DNA from: the human T2T-CHM13v2.0 reference genome, Homo sapiens
Length of the DNA stretch: 64,000 bases
Assembly (NCBI GenBank): GCA_009914755.4
Contig: CP068257.2
Location: forward strand, 8,416,001 to 8,480,000
Direction of reading: 5' to 3'
Shown here: in pieces, positions 51,301-64,000 of the stretch
How positions within the stretch are numbered: position 1 is the stretch's first letter
How the letters are laid out: every line of letters starts with the position of its first letter
Position numbers and translations under genes: made by a program
The notes under the pieces: model-generated
Databases searched by the model: none
Seen by the model: only the letters and a program-made list of their open reading frames with translations
Told to the model about the DNA's origin: nothing

Positions 51301-54300
51301 TCTGTCTAGATTTTATGTGTAGATATTTCCTTTTCTACCATAGGCTGCAAAAAGCTCCAAATGTCTACTTGCAGATTCTACAAAATAAAGTGTTTCCAAA
51401 CTCCTCAATCAAAAGAAAGGCTCAACTCTTTGAGATAAACACACGCATCAAAAAGAAGTTTCTCAGAATTATTCTGTCTAGTTTTTATGTGAGAATATTT
51501 CTTTTTCCATCATAGGACTCAAAGTGCTCCAAATGTCCACGTGCAGGTTCTACAAAAAAAGAGTTTCCAAACTGCTCAATCAAAAGAAAGGTTTAACTCT
51601 GTCAGATGAATGCTTACATCACAAAGAAGTTTCTCAGATTGCTCCTGTCTGGATTTTAAATGAAGATATATCCTTTTCTACCATAGGCCCCAAGGCGTTC
51701 CAAATGTCCACTTGCAGATTCTACAAAAAGAGTATTTCAAAACTGATACATCAAAAGGAAGGTTCGGCTCTTGGAGATGAATGCACACATCACAAAGAAG
51801 TTTCTCAGACTGCTTCTGTCTAGACATAAGATGAAGATATTTCCCTTTCTACTATAGGCTGCCAAGCACTCCAAATGTACACTGGCAGATTCTACAAAAA
51901 GTGTGTTTCCAAACTGCTCAATCAAAAGAAATGTTCAACTCTGTGAGATGAACGCACATATCACAAAGAAGATTTTCAGAGTCCTTCTGTCTAGTTTTTA
52001 TCTGAAGATATTTCCTTTTCCACCTTAGTCCTCAAAGCCCTCAAAATGTCCACTTGCAGATTCTACAAAAAGAGAGTTTCCAAACTGCTCAATCAAAAGA
52101 AAGGTTCAACTCTGTCAGATGAATGCACACATCACAAAGAAGTTTATCTGGTTGTTTCGGCAGAGATTTATATGAAGATACTTCCTTTTCTACCATAGGC
52201 CACAAAGGGCTCCAAATGTCCACTTACAGATTCTAAAGAAGGAGAGTCTCCAAACTGCTCAATTAAAAGAAGGTTCATCTGTGTGAGATGAACGCCCACA
52301 ACAAAAGAACTTTCACAGAATTCTTCTCTCTAGTTTTCATGTGAAGATATTTCCTTTTTCACCATAGGCCTCAAAGCCCTCCTAATGTCCAGCTGAAGAT
52401 ACTAGAAAATGAGTGTTTCCAAAATGCTCCATCAAAAGAAACTTTGAACTCTGTGAGATGAACGCACACATCACAAAGTAGTTTTTCAGAATTCTTCTGT
52501 CTAGTTTTTTTGTGAAGATATTTTCTTTTCCACCATAGGTATCAAATCGCTCTAAATATCCACTTGCAGATTCTGCAAAAAGAGATGTTCAAAACTGCTC
52601 AATATAAAGAAAATTTTAACTCTGTGACATGAATGCACACATCAGAAAGAAGTTTCTCAGATTGCTTCTTTCTAGATTTTATGTGAAGATATTTCCTTTT
52701 CTACCACAGGCCGCAAAGTGCTCCAAATGTCCATTTGCAGATCTTACAAATGATTGTTTCCAAACTGCTCAATCAAAAGAAAGATTCAACTCTGTGAGAT
52801 GAATGCACAAATCACAAAGTAGTTTCTCAGAATTCTTCTGTCTAAATTTAATATAAAGATTTTCTTTTCCACCAAAGGCCTCAAAGCCCACCAAATGTTC
52901 ACTTGCAGATTCTACAAAAAGAGAATTTCAAAACTGCTCAATCCAAAGAAAGGTTTAACTCTGTGAGATGAATGCACTCATCACAAAGAAGTTTCTCAGA
53001 TTGCTTCTGTCTAGATTTTATGTGAAGATATTTCTTTTCTACCTTAGGCCGCAAAGGGTTCCAAATGTCCACTTGTAGATTTTACAAAAAGAGTGTTTCC
53101 AAACTAATCAATCTAAACAAAGGTTCAAATCTGTGAGATGAACACATGCATCACAAAGAAGTTTCTCAGAATTCTTCTTTCTAGTTTTTATGTGAAGATA
53201 TTTCCTTTTCCACCGTAGGCCTCATATCTGTTCAAAAGTCCACTTGCATATTATATAAAAAGAGAGCGCAAAACTGCTGAATCAAAAGAAAGGTTTAACT
53301 CTGTGAGATGAATGCATATGTCACAAAGAAGTTTCTCAGATTGCTTCTGTGTAGATTTTAATTGAAGATTATTCCGTTTCTACCATTGACTGCAAAGCGT
53401 ACAAATTTTCCACTTGCAGATTCTCCAAAAGAGTGTTTCCAAACTTCTCAATCAAAAGAAAAGTTCAACTCTGTGGGATGAATGTACACATCACAGTTGA
53501 AGTTTCCTGGAATTATTCTGTCTAGTTATTATGTGAAGATATTTCATTTTCCACCATAGGCCCCAAGGCGCTCCAAATGTCCACTTGCAGATCCAACAAA
53601 AAGATTATTTCAATATTGGTCCATAAAAAGAAATGTTGAATTCTGGGAAATGAATGCACACATCACAAAGAAGTTTCTCAGAATGTTTCTAAATAGTTTT
53701 TTTCTGAAGATATTTCTTTTCCTCCATAGGCCTCAAAACTCTCCAAATATACTCTTGCAGATTCTGCAAAAAGAGTGTTTCCAAACTGCTCAATAAAAGA
53801 AAGGTTCAACTCTGTGAGATGAACGTACACATCAAAAAGAAGTTTCTCAGAAACCTTCTGTTTAGTTTTTAGGTGAAGATATTTCCATTTTTCGTCATAG
53901 ACCTCAAAGCGCCTTAAACGTCCACTAGCAGATTCTAAAAAAAAAACTGCTCAATTAAAAGAAAGGTTTAACTCTGTGACATGAATACATACATCAGAGT
54001 GTAGTTTCTCAGATTGCTTCTGTCTAGATTTTATGTGAAGATATATCCTTTCCTATCATAGGTCTCAAAGCACTCCAAATGTCCACTTGCAGATTCTACA
54101 AAAGAGAGTTTCAAAACTGCTCATTCAAAGAAAATTTTAACTCTATGAGATGAATGCAAACATCACAAAGAAATTTCTCAGATGGCTTCTGTCTAGATTT
54201 TATGTGAAGATATTTCTTTTTCTATCATAGGCCGTGAAGCACTCCAAATGTCCACTTGCAGATTCTACAAAAAGAGTTTCAAAACTGCTTAATCAAAAGA

Positions 54301-55142
54301 AAGGTTTAACTCTGTGAGATGAATGCACACATCAGAAAGAATTTTCTCAGATTGCTTCTGTCTAGATTTTATGTGAAGATATTTCCTTTTCCAGCATAGA
54401 CCTCAAAGCGCACAAAATGTCCGCTTGCAGATCCTTCAAAAAGAGGATTTCAAAACTGATCCTTCATAAGAAAGATTAAACTTTGAGATATGAATGTACA
54501 CATCACAAAGAGGTTTCTCAGAATGCTTCTGTCCAGTTTTTATGTGAAGATATTTTCTTTTCCACCATAGGCCTCAAGACACTCGAAATGTCCACTTGCA
54601 GATTCTACAAAAAGAGTATTTCAAAACTGGTCCTTCAAAAAAAAATGCTCAAGTCAGGGACATGAATGTATATATCACAAAGAAGTTTCTCAGAAAGCTT
54701 CTATCTGGTTTTTATGTGAAGATATTTCCTTTTACACCATAGGCTTCAAAGCACTCCAAACGTCCACTTGCAGATTCTACAAAAAGAGTTTCAAAACTGC
54801 TCCATCAAAAGAAAGTTTCAACTCTGTGAGATGAATGTACAAATCACAAAGAAGTTTCTCAGAATTCTTCTCTCTAGTTTTTATGTGAAGGTATTTCCTT
54901 TTCCACCGTAGGCCTCAAAGCGCTCCAAATATCCACTTGCAGGAGCTACAAAAAGAGAGTTTCAAAACTGCTCCATCAAAAGAAATGTTTAACTCTATGA
55001 CATGAACGCACACATCACAAAGAGGTTTCTCAGGTTGCTTCTGTCTAGATTTTATGTGAAGATATTTCCTTTGCTACCATAGGTTGCAATGCACTCCAAA
55101 TGTCCACTTGCAGATTCTACAAAAAGAATGTTTCAAAACTGG
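48361..55142 (-). repeat. Alpha satellite, minus orientation, dimeric alternating type.
   Basis: Same consensus and alternation as 40449-46060. Confidence 0.9.
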
Positions 55143-55266
55143 AACAGACCTGCAGCTGAGGGACCTGTCTGTTAGAAGGAGAACTAACAAACAGAAAGGA
55201 CATCCACAACAAAAACCCATCTGTACATCGCCATCATCAAACACCAAAAGTAGATAAAAGCACAAA

Positions 55267-56283
55267 GATGGGGAAAAAACAGAACAGAAAAACTGGAAAC
55301 TCTAAAAAGCAGAGTGCCTCTCCTCCTCAAAAGAAACACAGTTCCTCACCAGCAACGGAACAAAGCTGGATGGAGAATGACTTTGACGAGCTGAGAGAAG
55401 AAACCTTCAGATAATCAAATTACTCTGAGCTATGGGAGGACATTCAAACCAAAGGCAAAGAGGTTGAAAACTTTGAAAAAAATTTAGAAGAATGTATAAT
55501 TAGAATAACCAATACAGAGAAGTGCTTAAAGGAGCTGATGGAGCTGAAAACCAAGGCTCGAGAACTACGTGAAGAATGCAGAAGCCTCAGGAGCCGATGC
55601 CATCAACTGGAAGAAAGGGTATCAGCGATGGAAGATGAAATGAATGAAATGAAGCGAGAAAGGAAGTTTAGAGAAAAAAGCATAAAAAGAAATGAACAAA
55701 GCCTCCAAGAAACATGGGACTATGTGAAAAGACCAAATCTACGTCTGATTGGTGTACCTGAATGTGATGGGGAGAATGGAACCAAGTTGGAAAACACTTT
55801 GCAGGATATTATCCAGGAGAACTTCCCCAATCTAGCAAGGCAGGCCAACGTTCAGATTCAGGAAATACAGAGAACACCACAGAGATACTCCTCGAGAAGA
55901 GCAACTTCAAGAACATAATTGTCAGATTCACCAAAGTTGAAATGAAGGAAAAAATGTTAAGGGCAGCCAGAGAGAAAGGTCGGGTTACCCTCAAAGGGAA
56001 GCCCATCAGACTAACAGCGGATCTCTCAGCAGAAAGCCTACAAGCCGGAAGAGAGTGGGGGCCAATATTCAACATTCTTAAAGAAAAGAATTTTCAACCC
56101 AGAATTTCATATCCAGCCAAACTAAGCTTCATAAGTGAAGGAGAAATAAAATACTTTACAGACAATCAAATGCTGAGAGATTTTGTCACCACCAGGCCTG
56201 CCCTAAAAGAGCTCCTGAAGAAAGTGCTAAACATGGAAAGGAACAACTGGTATCAGCCACTGCAAAATCATGCCAAAATGTAA
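55267..56283 (+). pseudogene. L1 ORF1 (ORF1p) remnant. It has a premature stop about 145 nt after the ATG (…gaagaaaccttcagaTAAtca…) and at least one frameshift.
   Basis: The ATG sits in 'cacaaagatggggaaaaaacagaacag'. Track ORFs 55538-55918 and 55942-56283 (different frames) carry ORF1p coiled-coil/RRM-like sequence (…ELKTKARELREECRSLRSRC…; …KEKMLRAAREKGRVTLKGKPIRLTADLSAE…). Confidence 0.85.
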
Positions 56284-56346
56284 AGACCATCGAGACTAGG
56301 AAGAAACTGCATCAACTAATGAGCAAAATAACCAGCTAACATCATA

Positions 56347-60170
<3,824 letters not shown>

Positions 60171-60398
60171 ACAATGAGATCACATGGACACAGGAAGGGG
60201 AATATCACACTCTGGGGACTGTTGTGGGGTGGGGGAGGGGGGAGGGATAGCATTGGGAGATATACCTAATGCTAGATGACGAGTTGGTGGGTGCAGCGCA
60301 CCACCATGGCACATGTATACATATGTAACTAACCTGCACAATGTGCACATGTACCCTAAAACTTAAAGTATAATAATAAATAAATAAATTAAAAAAAA

Positions 60399-63300
60399 CT
60401 GCTCAATCAAAAGAAAGCTTCAACTCTGTGAGATGAAGGCACACCTCACAAAAAAGTTTCTCAGAACTCTTCTGTCTTGTTTTTTGTGAAGATATTTCCT
60501 TTTCCACCCTAGGCCTCAAAGCCCTCCCAATTTCCTCTTGCAGATTCAACAAAAAGAGTTTCAGAACTGCTCAATCAAAAGAAAGGTTTCACTCTCTGAG
60601 ATGAATGCGCACATCACAAAGAAGTTTCTCAGTTTGCTTCTGTCTAGATTTTATGCGAAGATATTTCCTTTTCTAACATAGGCTGCAAAGTGCTCCAAAT
60701 GTCCACTTTCAGATTCTAAAAATATAGTGTTTCCAAACTACTCAATCAAAAGAAAATTTCAACTCTGTGATTTGAACGCACAGATCACAAAGACGTTTCT
60801 CAGAATTCTTCTGTCTAGCTTTTATGTGAAGATATTTCCTTTTCCACCGTGGGACTCAAAACACTCCAAAAGTCCACTTACAGATCCTACAAAAAGAGAG
60901 TTTCAAAACTGCTCAATCAAAAGAAAGTTTTACCTCTGTGAGATGAATGCACACATCCCAAAGAAGTTTCTCATTTTGCTTCTGTCTAGATTTTATGTGA
61001 AGATATTTTGTTTTCTACCATAGGCCTCAAAGATCCCAAAATGTCCACTTGTAGATTCTACAAAAAGAGTATTTCAAAACTGCTAAATTGAAAATTCTCC
61101 AACTCTGTGAGATGCATGGACACATTACAAAGAAGTTTCTCAGAATGCTTCTGTCTAGTTTTTATGTGAAGACATTTCCTTTTCCAAAACAGGCCTCAAA
61201 GCACTCCAAATATCCACTTGCAGATTCTAAAAAAGAATGTTTCAAAACTGCTCCATCATAAGAAAATTTCAACTCTGTCACGCGAATGCACACATGTCAA
61301 AAGAGTTGCTCAGAATGCTTCTGTCTAATTTTTATGTGAAGATATTTCCTTTTCCACTATAGGCAGTATAGCACTCCAAATATCCACTTGCAGATTCCAC
61401 AAATAGAGTGTTTCCAAACTGCTGAATCAAAAGAAAGTTTCGAGTCTGTGAGATGAGTGCACACATCATAAAGAAGTTTCTCAGCATGCTTCTGTCTAGT
61501 TTTATGTGAAGATATTTCCTTTTCCACCGTAGGCCTCAAAGCGCTCCAAATAACGAATTGCAGATTCTACAAATGAGTTTTTCAAAACTGCTCAATCAAA
61601 AGAAAGTTCAACTCTCTAAGATGAATGCACACATCACAAAGAATTTTCTCAGAATGATTCTGTCTAGTTTTTATGTGAAGATAGTTCCTTTTCCACCATA
61701 GGCCCCAAAGCGCTCCAAATGTACGCTTTCAGATACTACAAAAAGAGTGTTTCAAAACTGCTCAATCAAAAGAAAGTTTCAGCTTTGTGAGATGAATGCA
61801 CACATCACAAAGTAGTTTCTCAGAATATTTCTGTAGGATTTTATGTTAAGATATTTAGTTTTCCACCATAGACCTCCTAGCACTCCAAATGTCCACTTGC
61901 AGGGTCTACAAAAAGAGTGTTTCAAAGCTACTCAATCAAAAGAAAGTTTCAACTCTGTGAGATGAGTGCACACATCACAAAGTAGTTTCTGAGAATGCTT
62001 CTATTTATTATGTGAAGATGTTTCATTTTCCAACTTAGGTCTCAAAGCACTCCAGATGTCCACCTGCAGATTCTACAAAAAAAGTGTTTCAAAACTGCTC
62101 AATCGAAAGTAAGATTCAGCTCTGTGAGATGAAGTTTGTCAGAAATCTTTTGACTAGTTTTTATGTGAAGATATTTCCTTTTCCACCATAGTTCGCAAAG
62201 CGCTCCAAATGTCCTATTGCAGATTCTACAACAAGAGTGTTTCAAAACAGCTCAATCAAAAGTAAGGTTAAATTCTGTGAGATGAATGCACACATCACAA
62301 AGAAGGTTCTCAGAAAGCTTCTGTCTAGCACCTAAGTGAAGATATTTTCTTTTCCACCGCAGGCCTCAAAGCACTCCAAATGTCCTTTTGCAAATTCTAC
62401 AAAATGTGTTTCAAAACTGATCAACCAAAAGAAAATTCCAACCCTGTCAGATGAATGCACACATCACAAAGAAGTTTGTCAGAATGATTCTGTCTAGTTT
62501 TTATGTGAAAATATTTCCTTTTCCACCATAGCCTGCAAAGCGCTCCAAATGTCCACTTGCAGATACTTCCAAAAGGGTTTTTCAGACCTGCTCAATCGAA
62601 AGTAAGGTTCAACTCTGGGAGCTGCATGCTCACATCCAAAAGAAGTTTGTCAGAATGATTCTTTCTAGTTTCGATGTGAAGATGTTGCCTTTTCCACACT
62701 AGGCCTCGCAGTGCTCAAAATGTCCACTTGCAGATTCTACAAAAAGAGTGTTTCCAAACTGCTCAATCAAAAGAAAATTTCCAGTCTGTGAGGTGAATTC
62801 ACACATCACAAAGAAGTTTCTCAGAATGCTTCTGTCTAGTTTTTATGTGAAGATATTTCCTTTTCCACCATAGGCCTGAAAACTCCAAATATCCACTTGC
62901 AGATTGTACAAAAAGAGTGTTTCCAAACTGCTCAATCAAAAGAAAGGTTCAAATCTGCGAGATGAATGCACACATCACAAAGAAGTTTGTCAGAATGTTT
63001 CTGTATAGTTTTTATATGAAGATACTTCCTTTTCCACCATAGGCTTCAAAGGGCTCCAAATTCCCACATGCAGATTGTACAAAGTGTTTCAAAGCTGTTC
63101 AATCAAATGAAAGGTTCAAACCTGTGAGATGAATGCGCACATCACAAAGAAATTTGTCAGAATGCTTCTGTCTAGTTTTTCTCAAGATATTTCCTTTTCC
63201 ATCATAGGCCTCAATGCACGCCAAATGTCCACTTGCAGATATTACAAAAAGGGTGTTTCAAAACTGCTGAATCAAAAGAAAATTTCAACTCTTTGAGATG

Positions 63301-63560
63301 AATGCACATATCACAAAGAAGTTTGTCAGAATGCTTCCGTCTAGTTTTTATGTGAAGATTTTTTTTAAATATGCCTCAAATCGCTCCAAATGTCCACTTG
63401 CAGATTCTACAAAAAGAGTGTTTCCAAACTGCTCAATAAAAAGAAAGGTTCAACTCTGTGAGAAGACCGCACACATCACAAAGAAGTTTCTCAGAATTCT
63501 TCTGTCTAGGTTTCATGTGAAGATATTTCCTTTTCCACCATAGGCCTCAAAGTGCTCCAA
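60399..63560 (-). repeat. Alpha satellite, minus orientation, dimeric type. Its outer ~0.7 kb is the inverted copy (~93-95% identity) of 16146-16850.
   Basis: The reverse complement of 63300-63560 reads 'ttggagcactttgaggcctatggtggaaaaggaaatatcttcacatgaaacctagacagaagaattctgagaaacttctttgtgatgtgtgcggtcttctcacagagttgaacctttctttttattgagcagtttggaaacactctttttgtagaatctgcaagtggacatttggagcgatttgaggcatattt…'. This aligns base-for-base with 16140-16400. Confidence 0.9.
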
Positions 63561-64000
63561 TCCACTCCACTGAATTCCATTCTTTCGCATTCCATTTCAC
63601 TCCATTCCACTCCACTCCACTCCACTGCACTCCACCCCACTCCATTCCATTCCATTCCATTCCGTTCCATCCCACTCCATTCCATTCCATTCATTTCTTT
63701 CGACAGGATCTCCGTCTGTAACCCAGGCTGCAAGGCAGTGGCAAAATCTCAGCTCACGTTTCATTTCACCATTCCATTCCATTACATTACATGCCATTCC
63801 TTTCCATTCAATCCGTTCAACTCCACTCCACTTCACTGCACTCCATTCCATTCCATCATATTCCAGTTCTCTCCATTCCACTCCACTCCAATCAAGTCCA
63901 CTCGACTCCACTTCACTCCATTCCATTCCATCCCATTGCATTCAACTCCACTCCACTCCACTCCTTTCTTTTCACAGTATCTCACCCTGTCAACCAGTCT
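63561..64000 (-). repeat. HSat3 in the inverted (ATTCC/CATTC) orientation. It includes an inverted Alu 3'-end fragment at ~63697-63772 and a partial one at 63960-64000. It is the mirror copy of 15760-16145.
   Basis: 'ccactccactgaattccattctttcgcattccatttcactccattccactcc…'. The reverse complement of 63561-64000 aligns with 15761-16145, including 'aggctggttgacagggtgagatattgtcaaaagaaaggagtggagtggagtggagttgaatgcaatgggatgg' versus the reverse complement 'agactggttgacagggtgagatactgtgaaaagaaaggagtggagtggagtggagttgaatgcaatgggatgg'. Confidence 0.9.

Noticed and set aside
55143-55266. A possible functional L1 promoter.
   Set aside because: Only the last ~125 bp of the 5'UTR is retained. The internal promoter and YY1/RUNX3 region lie further upstream and are absent.

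Overview
This window is human pericentromeric satellite DNA with no cellular protein-coding genes. I read it as a large, imperfect inverted duplication. Part 1, layout: HSat3 / (GGAAT)n satellite (1-16145) has a ~5 kb higher-order organisation, with an Alu 3'-end-derived ~75 bp segment about every 400 bp. It abuts alpha satellite in + orientation (16146-40448) containing two monomer families. The first is a dimeric, alternating-monomer array. The second is a 'ctacacagaag' family with ~1.5 kb (~9-monomer) periodicity. At 40448 the alpha satellite switches strand. From there to 63560 it is a dimeric array in the opposite orientation, ending in HSat3 in the opposite (ATTCC) orientation (63561-64000). 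The two outer HSat3/alpha junctions are reverse complements of each other at about 90-95% identity over at least 1.1 kb. Part 2, retroelement insertions punctuate both arms. There is a complete minus-strand SVA (19631-21615) with a probable 3' transduction. There are three 5'-truncated L1 copies, one of them a classic twin-priming inversion. There is also a 5.26 kb near-full-length L1PA with broken ORF1 and ORF2. The only real coding remnants are these L1 ORFs. Essentially every ORF in the supplied six-frame track is a stop-free translation artefact of periodic satellite or the GC-rich SVA VNTR. I found no CENP-B boxes by eye. I found no defence, metabolic or other gene system and do not claim one. 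The interesting biology here is structural: the palindromic arrangement, the foldback junction, the domain asymmetry and the retroelements with clear target-site duplications. All coordinates are by-eye estimates, approximate to a few bp.
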